From assembly GCA_964187785.1 (NCBI GenBank), contig OZ076416.1, forward strand, positions 16,616,001 to 16,680,000: 64,000 bases of DNA, written 5' to 3'. Below, in pieces: positions 1 to 11,985 of this stretch. Origin of the DNA: Amphiscolops sp. MND2022 (Eukaryota). The notes beneath the pieces are model-generated. The model made no database searches. It was not told the origin of the DNA and was given only the letters and a program-made list of their open reading frames with translations. Each line of letters begins with the position of its first letter. Positions within the stretch are counted from its first letter, which is position 1. Both the position numbers and the translations under genes were made by a program.

Positions 1-2842
1 CTTTTCTAAGTCGGCCCCTTTTCGGGGTGCAACTTCAATTCGTCGAACATTCAAATCGCCGAAAATGAAAAGCTATTCTATTGGTCGAAAGAATTCCATA
101 TCAGCGATTATTTTCATTTGGTTATATTTTGTGGCGGTTAGCATATTTGTTGAAATACTCGGTCGCTTCGCTCATCATCCCATTACGTCATACCATGCTC
201 GCTGCAATAATACGTGTTCGACGAATTGAAGAGTCCCCCCTCTCGGATACTACTAAGTGACCACAAAAAACGGAACGCACATAAATGTGCGTGTTCAAAA
301 TCGCCTTATTTGTAAACAAGAGACTGAGATCTTTCGTTTTCTGTCAGTCATTAAGAATGAAGTTGTTACGTAGTCGCATCTTCAACTAAAGATGATTCGA
401 AACATTTTAAAAAGTGTATAGATCGTTTCAAAAAGTTCGCAAGACTAGAACTATTTAGTCGTCGAAAATACGAGCTTTTTTCCGAGTTTAAGACTTTTCG
501 CATCATCCAAGGAAGTGTGACAATCAGTTGTTCTTTAGCCCAGCTTCGTTTCAACGGACAGACGATTGTTTGTTTTCTGTGAAACTATTGTTGCTCCAAT
601 GAAACTTCTTGGCCCAGAAAAGTAGTTCAGTACTAGCGCCTCTTGCCGTACATACGATCGATGAGCTCATTGCCCAACTTCCTGCATACAGAAATAAGAG
701 TTCTTGTTTTCATTCAAATCAGGGAAAGAGCATTTTAAAAATTTTTGTGTGTTTTGGAATCTTCTTAATATGAGAATGCGACTGAAGACTCTTTCGAGGC
801 CAATATTCTCAGTTCTTTCAAGATCGGCAAAACGTCTCTTGAATTCAGAGTAAGTATTTCCTTTTTAAATCTGTGATCCCGAAAAAAGTTTTTGTCAATT
901 TTTGTTTGCGTAAGAATTGAAAGGTTTATATAATTGTATAGATCTAGAACAGTAGAACAGAACTTTTACACACAATGTTTCTCGAGAGCTACGGGATGCC
1001 GATGAAAAGCTGGAAAGTGCTTCCAACTTGGTATAGAGGTTAACGGGATTTTGTTCGTTCTCGTTTTTGATTTTTTCATATTAAACCTTTTTTGACCAAA
1101 TTATGGCATTTTTTCACTCGGTTTTGCCTAGAAGGAAAAATTAAGAATACCCATTTTGAAACTCTTGCTCGTTTTTTTGTGCTAACCAGAGTAAAGTCTG
1201 GACGGTCAAAATTACCTAACAAAAATCCACATGACGAGGATTTTGACAAGAAAACCTTATCGAACAGTGGCTTGCTTGTTGATCCAAGGAGCTTTTTGGG
1301 TTATTTCAGAATACTACATTTCCCAACATGGATAGTCTTGGTGCTACGAGACTGTGATTGTGATCAATATTCATAACTGTGATTGTGAAAATATTCATAG
1401 CCTCCGAAAATACCAAATTGAGTTCATGTTTTAAAAAATCAGGTGAAAACAACACAAACCTTCGTCTGCTGAACTTCCAAGCTTAAAAACATTAGGAAAA
1501 TCAAGGTTCTTCTAATTTGGTTTTATCAAATCTGTTTGATTGATTTTCACCTACATCATGACGCTGCGAACACAAAATGTAAACTCTTCTGGAAAGCTGT
1601 AATCTACTTCGTTTTCGCGTGTGGTAGAATTGCCAGTTTCCTGGCATGAAGCCAACACAATACGGAAGACGGAAGATGAATTGAGACAATTGGCGTGAGA
1701 TACAAGGAGCTATGATGGTGAGAAATCTGTCTGTTCCAAAAGTCATCAGAGAGGTATATGAAGCACGTCCAAAAATTCAAAAATAAGATTCATCTTCCAA
1801 CGATATGTGTTGGTTTGATGGAACTGGAAAAGTGATATAAATGTGCAATGAGTATTTTCAACGAAGGCGCAATCGACTATAAGATTGTCACAGGTTTATT
1901 ACGTACACAGACAAAATGAGAAAAGTTATTGCCCCAATTCCGCGGGTCGAAATCCGAACAAGCAGTTCTGCTTTTCTAAGTCGGCCCCTTTTCGGGGTGC
2001 AACTTCAATTCGTCGAACATTCAAATCGCCGAAAATGAAAAGCTATTCTATTGGTCGAAAGAATTCCATATCAGCGATTATTTTCATTTGGTTATATTTT
2101 GTGGCGGTTAGCATATTTGTTGAAATACTCGGTCGCTTCGCTCATCATCCCATTACGTCATACCATGCTCGCTGCAATAATACGTGTTCGACGAATTGAA
2201 GAGTCCCCCCTCTCGGATACTACTAAGTGACCACAAAAAACGGAACGCACATAAATGTGCGTGTTCAAAATCGCCTTATTTGTAAACAAGAGACTGAGAT
2301 CTTTCGTTTTCTGTCAGTCATTAAGAATGAAGTTGTTACGTAGTCGCATCTTCAACTAAAGATGATTCGAAACATTTTAAAAAGTGTATAGATCGTTTCA
2401 AAAAGTTCGCAAGACTAGAACTATTTAGTCGTCGAAAATACGAGCTTTTTTCCGAGTTTAAGACTTTTCGCATCATCCAAGGAAGTGTGACAATCAGTTG
2501 TTCTTTAGCCCAGCTTCGTTTCAACGGACAGACGATTGTTTGTTTTCTGTGAAACTATTGTTGCTCCAATGAAACTTCTTGGCCCAGAAAAGTAGTTCAG
2601 TACTAGCGCCTCTTGCCGTACATACGATCGATGAGCTCATTGCCCAACTTCCTGCATACAGAAATAAGAGTTCTTGTTTTCATTCAAATCAGGGAAAGAG
2701 CATTTTAAAAATTTTTGTGTGTTTTGGAATCTTCTTAATATGAGAATGCGACTGAAGACTCTTTCGAGGCCAATATTCTCAGTTCTTTCAAGATCGGCAA
2801 AACGTCTCTTGAATTCAGAGTAAGTATTTCCTTTTTAAATCT
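1..2842. repeat. Tandem duplication, period 1970 bp (1-872 repeats 1971-2842; first copy runs off the window edge)
   Basis: Position 1 and position 1971 both begin CTTTTCTAAGTCGGCCCC. ORFs 366..554 and 2336..2524 are identical. The match ends at ...TTAAATCT (872/2842), followed by GTGATC vs TTGATC. No differences seen by eye. Confidence 0.95.
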
Positions 2843-3070
2843 TTGATCGTCATTGTCTTCAAATTCTTCCACATACAGTCAGGGGTTTCCAAAGAACAAA
2901 TAAAAGCTAACTCTTCCAGGATTTGACGACAAAAGAATCCATTAAGGTTTTAAATTTTTGGCCTATGAACTTTTTTTTAAAATTTCAATTCACTTGATTG
3001 TTACTTAATGAGTCCACGGATCATAACGAGTCAGCTTTGAAGACAGAATAGAAAACACCTTTGTTTAGTA

Positions 3071-3244
3071 CAGTGGAAGCCGCTTATATGGGACGCCTCG
3101 GGACCGGTTATTCTTGTCTACTATATACGTTGTCTCTTATATCAGTAGTACAATATATTTGCTTTATTTCAGCGGGGATCTAAACATGCGTGTCAATTAA
3201 GCGTTGTCTCTTATAAGCATGTCACATTTAAGCGGCTTCCACTG
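3071..3244. mobile_element. 174-bp MITE, Tc1/mariner (pogo/Tigger-like ends), TA target-site duplication
   Basis: TIR CAGTGGAAGCCGCTTA...TAAGCGGCTTCCACTG (24 bp with 2 mismatches), flanked by TA at 3069-3070 and 3245-3246. Confidence 0.9.
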
Positions 3245-3281
3245 TAATAGCTAACAGTCAAGTATGAATTGAGTTTGCGGG

Positions 3282-3423
3282 TCCCGACGGTTCAGATGAT
3301 AGCTGTAGTTTGATGGAAAATAAGTATCATTTTGTTCTAGACCAAATGGTTCGAACTATTTGGTCTAGAACAAAATGATATTTATTTTCCATCAAACTAC
3401 AGCTATCATCTGAACCGTCGGGA
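3282..3423. repeat. 142-bp loop-less palindrome (P1)
   Basis: TCCCGACGGTTCAGATG...CATCTGAACCGTCGGGA, centred on TTCGAA (3352/3353); 71-bp arms, 2 mismatches. Confidence 0.95.
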
Positions 3424-3566
3424 TCTTACAATCTGAAATTCTTTGAAAAAGGTATGCAGGAAGTAATGGCTGGCTCTTATCAATTTTTAGCTGATCAGCT
3501 AAAAATTGATAAGAACCAACACTTACTTCCTGCATACCTTTTTCAAAGAATTTCAGATTGTAAGAT
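3423..3566. repeat. 144-bp loop-less palindrome (P2), abutting P1
   Basis: ATCTTACAATCTGAAATTC...GAATTTCAGATTGTAAGAT, centred on TGATCA (3494/3495); 72-bp arms, 4 mismatches. Confidence 0.95.
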
Positions 3567-3949
3567 TCCAGTACTGAGTGTTTCAAGGCGAACTTGATGG
3601 TGGGAATATTGGCGGGCCCCCATTGCCGCCAGAGAAAATTATATGTCTTTCCCACTCAATCGAAGGTGCGAGAGGTTTGTTACTGGACGAATATTTGTTA
3701 CTGCCCAGAGACATTGGTCAGGAATCGAAGAACTACCGTTGTCATTTTTTGAAGATTTTGGAAGATACGGAAATTGTGAAGCTGTAAAATTTGAAATGAT
3801 TTCACAGAAGTTTCTTCCTTAACTAACTTTTCAGGTGATATTTTTATAGGACACAATTTATAAGATGATGTACTAGAGGTACTACAGTGACTTCTTCCAC
3901 ACTACCGACCACACACTGGATGGATCACCTTATTAGATATTTGCAGAAA

Positions 3950-4035
3950 AACCACGCCACTTGCGTTATGGTTAAAATGGCTGCTTGGCATAGAGAAGTT
4001 CACGGGTTCGAATGTTGCGCGGAACTGAAAAAAGT
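3950..4035 (+). repeat. Degenerate tRNA-like (SINE-head-like) module
   Basis: CGCCACTTGCGTTATGGTTAAA (A-box-like)...GTTCACGGGTTCGAATG (B-box-like). Similar to 61345-61435 and 62420-62520. No complete cloverleaf. Confidence 0.5.
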
Positions 4036-4199
4036 TTCTTTGAAAAACACAGTATTTCCTACTTGAAATAGTATAAAACTACATTTCTTCTCCAAGAGCC
4101 AGTTTATAAAATAAAGATGATATAAAACGTAAATAAAGGGTAAAAGGGGATGATTATGAGGACATATTATGTAAAGCGGTAAGCTCTCGAACAATTTTT

Positions 4200-6400
4200 T
4201 AATATTCTGGTTGGTCTATTTCATCTTCATATCTTTGAAAAAGAAAAGATTTGATTTGTCTTGTATGCAATGTTCGTTTTTATCAGTTTTTCGGTAAAGT
4301 GTTCCACACGGGTAATGTTCTCTTTCATTGTTTCGAATGCCTCTTTCTCATTTTTGATTTTTCTCGGTAGGGTGTTCCACAAGGGTATTGTTCTTTTGAA
4401 GGAACATTTACCTAAAATCTCAAATCTTATTGTCAAATCTGAGTATTCAATTGGTGTTCTATTCAATTCATGCATCTCGGTAAGCAGTCGGTAAGTGTAG
4501 TATTCTAATAAAAGCTGAAATTAGACTTTTTCAATTTTCCAAAGTCAAAAAAGTATCATTTGTAATCCAAACAGAGGAACGGGAAATATTCTGAGTTGCA
4601 TTTGCATTTCTACTGAATGGTCAAACTTAGATTTATTGAAACAGATCTTATTGCCCCATTTCAACTGTTGTTCGACAATTGTATTCACATTTTCACTCAT
4701 ACCAGGAAAGAAGATCCAGAATAACATAGGTGACTAAAATCTAAGCATTTAGTTTTGAAAATCGTGTCGCAGATCGAAGTATATCGTGTTTAACAAAATT
4801 TGTTTTGATGTCTTTAGCCATATATTCCGGAGAAATTTTTTCACTTCATCTTGAAAAATCGAATTCTGATCCAAATAAACGCCTGTTGTGGCTTCCAGAA
4901 CGTTGTTGATGTTGTGGCTTCCAGAACAATAGGTTTCTGATGGTTGACGAAAATAAATGAACAAATTCTGTTTTATTTGTAATGACGGTTAACTGGCAAC
5001 TCTCGAAGACTTTCACAATGTTTTCTATGTTTGTTGTTAATTATTGCTCGCAAGCTTGCGTCAAATCGTTATATGAACTGCATTGTCATGGTATCATCAT
5101 TATATTGGTTTAACTTACAATTTTCCATCAAAGATTGTTGTAGGCCATTATTATGGATGTTTGAAAAGAAGTGGTCCAAGAACTGTGGTCCTTGAACGAT
5201 TCCATAAAAAACGAATTGAATGCTTTCGATAGGTGTAAAAAACTTCTGTTGTTCTTTGATTGTCATTTATATTTTCTTCGTTTTCAGTAGCGTAGATTGG
5301 GGCAACTCTGGTAGATTATTTACTTCGGAATCTGAATTGCCATGGTCCGAGTAATTGGCTTCTCTGAAATTACTCTTTCGAAAACTATTTCCAGAGAAAA
5401 TCTGATATATATGGTCTGTTATTATCAGGATCTTCACATTCACTTTGTTTGGAATCAGTAGAGCATGTGCGTGATTTTGTTAGTCTGGAAAAAACCTATC
5501 TTGTAGAAAAGCGTTTGAACTGATAAATTCAAACAATCTTCCAGCGCCCAAGCTGGAATATCGGATGGACCCAACAGTTTATTTTTTATTTAAACTATTT
5601 TTCAGACTGACAATTTCTGTTTTCGTTTGTTTGCTGTTCCTGGCATCGGCAATGAAATTCCATCTGTCACGTTCAATTCCATTTGTCAAGGTTATTACTA
5701 GTCAAAATTCTGAATAAATCCACTCTGTAGTCAGTTTTATCGAAAACTGTTTTGAGTATAGGTTTTGGAGGTTGATGCATTTTGGTATCCGACAAGAGTG
5801 ATGTCGCCAAGTGATCGATCAATTTTCCCAACATCCTTCTGAGTGGTAACGAAAGTAAATGTTCGATCAGGTTCCGGTATAGCCGCAGTAAAACCATCGA
5901 TAAGAAATTACAACTGCCTGGTAAACTTGTAAGTACAAAATTATTTGTGGTGTTCATTCCTTATAGTAAATTCTCTAACCTTTGTTTGTCTTCTTTTTGT
6001 TGAGGTAATCCCTCTAATGTTAAGGATTTTCAGGGACCGTATATTGAATGCTCGTTGATAATTCTTATAGACAGGTTTTGAGAAGAGCATTGTTGGGGTT
6101 GTAACTCACATTTATCAGTTGTTTCTTTCTCAGGGGTACATCGTTGTTAAAACTGCACTTCAACCATAAACAACAAGAATCCCCATTACTATGAATCGAT
6201 TCGTTTCCTTACTTTGGATTGAGATTTTTCGGCACATTTAACTTTGCTCCACTGCCTTTCGTTTTGTTGATAGGTTTGGGATTTGGCCGAAAGTTTTTTT
6301 GCTGATCTTTTTTCTGCTGTCAAAACGTTTCTTCGCCAACTTGAAATTAACATTTGGACAACGATTCAATTCAGTGTCTTGAATGATTGATAGAAACAGG
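4200..6400 (-). mobile_element. Decayed non-LTR retrotransposon ORF2 (APE endonuclease + RT; CR1/L2-like), many stops and frameshifts
   Basis: Motifs in correct order on minus: KGSGAKLNVPKNLNPK, KQLINVSYNPN, LIDGF, IDHLATS (APE); LGPSDIPAWALEDCL, GIVQGP...CKLNQYNDDT (GVPQGS/YADD-like), GVYLDQN (RT); SFKRTIPLWNTLP (C-terminal WNxLP). Boundaries approximate. Confidence 0.85.
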
Positions 6401-6473
6401 CGCTAATTGTCTCTGTATGCTCTGTCATACTTCAAACGTCCTATCTTTCTTCGTCAATTTGTTGTCATTTTCT

Positions 6474-6548
6474 TTTTCAGCCCAAAACTTTTCAGCCCGA
6501 AACTTTTCAGCCCAAAACTTTTCAACCCAAATCGTTTCAGCCCAGAAC
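6474..6548. repeat. 15-bp tandem repeat TTTTCAGCCCAAAAC x5
   Basis: Read directly; explains the KLFSP / FGLKS repeats in ORFs 6407..6646 and 6454..6711. Confidence 0.9.
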
Positions 6549-9500
6549 TGTTTTTGAAAGGTTCAGCGATAAACAGAAACATACAGCAGGTGAATGAAAC
6601 CTGGGAAAAGACAACTGTCGAACCTGAAGATACCAAGATGCTATAATAAAACAAGGAAGAAGGAGAAATGTTAGTGTTTTTGATTGACAGTCTGCTCCTA
6701 TGAGTTTTCATATCATATAACTGAAAACATCATAACTGGTCATTGGACATTCATTGCCTAATTTCCTTTTTCCTTCAAATTGTTGCTCAAGTAATTTTGC
6801 TTCCTTCTAGAAACACCTTCTAGAGATTTTTAAAAAATAAACACCATAGTGATACCTAAAATTTAGGTCATCATGCCGAACACTATTTTTTAGGAGGGTT
6901 CGACATTGTATCATGGATGGGAAAATCTTTAATGTTCGATATTTCAGAGTAGTTTGTATAACATTTTAATTTATCAATGATACATTCCATTCGTTGTTTG
7001 ACAGCTCCATGATGGTTATTCTGTCGTATTTGTGCAACCTGCATGAGGATCAGTTTTTGGGATTAAGTTTTGATATCAACTGCTTCAACCAGATCGATGT
7101 AGATGAAAAGTTGCTCTTCTTTTATTCAGATTAGCTTTTTTTGTTTGATTTGGCAGTATAACTTGCCTCGGATAAAAACTCAAAGGATGATATCACATTA
7201 TTTTTGATGATTTTCGTCTTTCTTTCTTTTTTGTGAATTTCAGTCTAGAGTTAGTAGAGATCAGCTTTTGAGAGCGCTCGAAACGTTGATGATGATAACT
7301 TTGTTTGAAAGGTTTCTTTGGTTTGTCACAAATAGGCAGAACATTTTGTGCGAAGACAGAAGGAATGGTTTCAGGTTTTTGATGTTTAGAATTTCATTGA
7401 ATGTTGCGTAACAATAGTCAACTAACTGTCCACTGTGTGTCAACTGCTCTCTCTCTGTGTGTCAACTGCTCTGTCAACTTCTCATTGTTTTTGAATCCAG
7501 ACGAAATAAGTCATTTCTTTATATTTTTTGGCACCGTTTGACATTTTTTCGACGTTTTTTGTAGTTCATCAAAAAGATCTATGTCCCTCTCATATGTTTC
7601 GTCGTTTTTTGACGGCAATATGCTTCCAGAACGAAACGGGTCCCTCATAAGTTTTCCGCCATAGAGTAACTTCTTTCAGGAAAACGTCAGATAAGTTTTC
7701 AACCATTATATTTCACTGTTTTCAGTGAGCGAAACAGCGTTTTTTCGGTAATCCTCTTTTCGTAAGAAATTGTTGACAAACTCGCTGATGTTAGTCAAAC
7801 TGTGTTTTTAGCCAAAAACGGGGCGCCAACCTTTCTGTCTTTTCTTCTACTAGTCTTCGACATTTTTGCTCTTCTTTCGGTTGAAGATAATTACACGGAA
7901 ACGAATGAAGTAACAAAAGAGAATACCGTTAGTACTCTACTGTTAACTTCATTGTCGCCGCAGCAAATGATTCCGTCCCACAATTCTTCAATTTTCAACC
8001 CAAATTTTCAGGTTAACGTCGTGTCTTTAGTTACCAAATAATAAATGCTTTTTTATTTTCGTAAAAATCATCAGAGACTGTCTTTACTGTCATAATATTC
8101 GGAAGAAAGTTAGCGGTAAAACGAAAAATTGGAAACAGAATTAGCCCAGCAGTTTTTGGTTGTTGAGTTTCTCAGTGTGTTCTTGTGTGTTATGATAGTT
8201 TTCACGTGTCTAATTTTTTCAAATGAACAAATCAACTGGGCGATCTCTTCATGCGACATACCGAAAGCTCTGCAACTTTATATATGTAATTTTGTAGGTC
8301 TCAGTGGCTTGTCATCAGATGGACAGTCACCAAAGAAACTTGGACTCCAAAGAAAATTTTGTGCATTGGCCTAAATTTAGGTCATTATTGTGTTGCCACT
8401 ACTGTTGAATCGATCATTTTTTGCTGTTACCGTTCCCAAACTGAGTATTATCAAAAGTTCGAAAGAATCACAGATGGTACCAGCTGAAGAAATTGTCACC
8501 ATTCAATTTATTTGAGAAAACCAAAGTTTTCAGTGAGATCTGAAAAGTTTACTTTTCAAAACACTTGTTTGCATGGGCGCATGCCTGGCACATGCTCGGC
8601 CAAGAGATTTCCTGATTTAGAGTAGGACATGCGTTGGCTCTGTAATTTTGTACCAAAATCTTGGCACATCAGGGCCTTTTCGCTGTCAAGCCTACGGTCA
8701 AATGTACATGAAAATTAAAACATCTCTGGGGAGGCAACCCAAGCTGACTTCCATACTTGGATGTTGATTTGTGACGTTCTACTGGTAGTCCTTCCAGTCT
8801 ATAGACACTGGATTCGAATCTTGCCTCATCCGGTAAGTGTTTTATCATTTATAACTGATGAGTCCATTTTTTTGTCTCTTGAATTGCCTTCTAAGATCAT
8901 ATCAAACGATGCAACAATCAAATCAATTTGGGTAAAAAAATTCATTTGGGGGGCTTAGAGATAATTTAACCTCCAATTGGAAACTTATCAAGAAAAAAGT
9001 TGTTTGGTGAGTAAGCCATTTCACTTGAAGTTACAATCGACTTCTCTCTCCAGTTTTTTGTCAATCGGTTCACAACTATCGACTGAGAAACGAGATTGCA
9101 ACAATTCAATTTTGTAAAAAAGAATAATCATGAAATCCAATCCAAGACTTTCACTAAATACAATCTACCGTTCAAAAAAATCGTCAACAACCGAATCATC
9201 GATCCATGCAAATACGTCTGACAATTCCAGAATACTCTGAGGTACGGACAATAGAATCGTCTTCAAAAGTACCTTTTCCCGAAGACTCAACTTACCTCTA
9301 GCTCTCTAACTTGGTTTTGTCTAGTCCAGTATTTTCCAATTCCGCCTCAATTATGTTTATTCAGTGCAAGTGAAGTCAATTTCACATCTTTTAAACTTGA
9401 CTTTTACAATACAGGATGTCGTCATTTGAAAGTTTCATGTGGTCACCTTCATGTTTACATGTCCTTCTATGGTATAGCGAGCGCCCCTATCAAACCTTCG

Positions 9501-9994
9501 AATATACATTCTTCGCTGCCAATTATGACAATTATGAATAGTTCAACGACTTGTCTGAAGTTCACGTTTCATATATTTCAAGTCTCACAAGATATGTTTG
9601 AAGTAGAGGCGATTGCTCAATGAGCTCCGGTTACATGGTTTTCAGGTTCACTACACGTGAAAGGTTCCTCCCCGTCAATGTAAGGGAAGGTTTGCCGCGA
9701 ATCACGCCGTCTAATTGAAATACAAAAACTATCACGCCTATGACGCGGATTCACATGTTTTATTGTACGCTTACCATGTGTTCAGGGGTTGCCCTCGAGA
9801 TGACCTTGAGGCCCGCTTGCGACCTTGAAGCTTCTTCGTGTCATCTGAAGTTCCTATATGGTGGGTTGTAGGATCCTTTAGTGAGTCGTTTGGGAGGTAC
9901 CTGATTTGCGTATGGTTTAAATAGATGTGGCGGTTTATTGTCTCCAAAGTGTCTCCCTTCAATTTTAAGATATTTTACGACAAAATGGTTTTCG

Positions 9995-10215
9995 AAATTC
10001 CCAAAGGGTCTTTGTGAGACTTTTTTGGTAAAATCTTATGTTCTTCAAAATGTCCGCATTCAGTTTTTCATATACTTTGCTACAGAATGGATGCTAAAAA
10101 TCCGAAAGGTTCCCCTTTTAGCGCGCAAAATTTGGTCCAACTTTTTTGGGGTTTTTCAGGTACTGTAAAAGAGAATACTTAACACTTGGAAATCCTTTTG
10201 CCATTTTGGCTACAA
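9995..10215 (+). mobile_element. Internal fragment of the HINE/DINE-1-like family
   Basis: CCCAAAGGGTC, ACAGAATGGATGCTAAAAATCC, TTAGCGCGC and GTACTGTAAAAGAGAATACTT..CACTTGGAA match the copy at 40000-40672 in reverse. Confidence 0.75.
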
Positions 10216-10711
10216 CCGAGCAGAATTATGAACTTCTCAGAATTATGATTTTTGTTTGAAAAAATCAAACTGAATGCCGGATCTCATTTGAGATCCACCA
10301 TTACAACAGGTCAATTACTCAAAAATTAAATCTCCAGCTAACTAATAAACAGCTCCATTTATAACTCAATTTACTGTCATTACTGAAATGTTCAACAAAA
10401 ATATTTCTTATTTAGGAAGATTTCGGTGGAGTTCGAATAATTGGTTGAAGGAAGCAGTGGAGATAATGCAATATAGTTATACTAGCTGCTCTCCCGTGCA
10501 CTGGTTAAGCTTTGTCTTGATTCATGGAAAGATTCAGAAAAAGTCCCGGATAAAGTTCGAAAAACGTTCGGATAAAGTTGTCCTAATTAGAAATTTACCT
10601 AATCCGTTTGGTGCCATAGGTGTCAACAACATTATAGTAAGATGAGATACTTGGTAAGGTTCTTCATTCCTAGAAAAAATTGTATTTTTAGGACATTTTC
10701 CTCCTCAATAC

Positions 10712-10911
10712 NNNNNNNNNNNNNNNNNNNNNNNNNNNNNNNNNNNNNNNNNNNNNNNNNNNNNNNNNNNNNNNNNNNNNNNNNNNNNNNNNNNNNNNNN
10801 NNNNNNNNNNNNNNNNNNNNNNNNNNNNNNNNNNNNNNNNNNNNNNNNNNNNNNNNNNNNNNNNNNNNNNNNNNNNNNNNNNNNNNNNNNNNNNNNNNNN
10901 NNNNNNNNNNN
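10712..10911. other. Assembly gap (200 N)
   Basis: Run of exactly 200 N; the round size suggests a scaffolding placeholder. Confidence 1.
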
Positions 10912-11985
10912 GGTCTTCCTCATGTTCAATAGTCTCCATCCGTTGATATTTTAACCATAGTCTTTCAACTGTAAGGAGAGAACAGCTGAAAATGAAGAAA
11001 TGAAGAAAACGTTTCTAAAATTCTTTTCCGGCTACTACCATTTCATTTGCAATTGAAGGTTCATTTTGAAAAAAAAATGTTTTTCACGCCATTTCGGGTC
11101 AGTTTATCTTCAGATTTCATTTTTAACTTCAATCTTTGATTTTCAAGACCTTTGCCAGCCAGTGTAGTTTCTATCTAAATTTGAAGAAATAGTCGTGAAA
11201 ACTTTTTTTGATGCCATCATCAGGATGGGTTGGAATGCCACTGTTTGCTTCAAAATTGAACTACTTCATCAGATTTTTAAAAAAGCACATTAAAAATTTC
11301 AAACCTGTTGAACGTGTTTTTGTATCAACTTTAAGACTTGGTAATACCTATTCGTTTCAACTTTAGGCTTCGCACTTCGTTTGTTCCACTGTTGAATTTA
11401 TAAAAACATCAATCTCACTCAACTTCGCTACTGGAGTTCTAAAAGCGTTCTTTAGTTTTTTCTCAGCTTGTATACTTTAGACTGAAGCATGAAACAACAA
11501 ATTATTCAGAAACAATAAAAATGTGTGATATATCAATCGTCTGCGTTTATAAATGGTTTACCATTTAGACCGGATGATCATATCAAAACCAGCGCCGTTC
11601 CGGACCATGGCACAATCGAGCCAGTATTCTGACTCAATTTAATTGTCTAGAATGGCTGATTGAGTGTTATTTCGAGTATACAAGAACTGATTGAAGTTAC
11701 AAGTGTTTTACACTTACTGAATCATTAAAAACTTTTTGTAAAAGCAATTAAATTTTTCAAGTTACGGCGCCCTCAAACACGGTTCGGCACAATAAACTTT
11801 GAGTATATGTACTTCACAGTAAAAAAAATTATACATGTCTTTCAAGTACATACTAGTTTTTACAAAGCAGTTTATTAAAGAAATTTAATTAGCTATAAAG
11901 TTCTGCCTTATAATTATGTATCAGTTTTAGTTAACAGTACCAATCTATAAACCTGGCATGCTTCATTTGGTAAATTACTTGATAT

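Noticed and set aside
2740-2825. Plus-strand MRMRLKTLSRPIFSVLSRSAKRLLNS followed by GTAAGT, like a mitochondrial-presequence first exon
   Set aside because: Short; no downstream exon found; the antisense frame is equally open; chance is likely.
6407-6711. ORFs with repeated peptides (KLFSP / FGLKS; also EISSS at 50141..50452 and ARSCQDL at 13442..13672)
   Set aside because: Translations of stop-free DNA tandem repeats in transposon arms.
10642-10939. Three ORFs spanning the N run
   Set aside because: Artefacts of translating the gap.
11280-11360. SLKVDTKTRSTGLKFL on minus, loosely like the hAT 'D..TRWNS' motif
   Set aside because: Key Trp absent and no other hAT motif or termini found.
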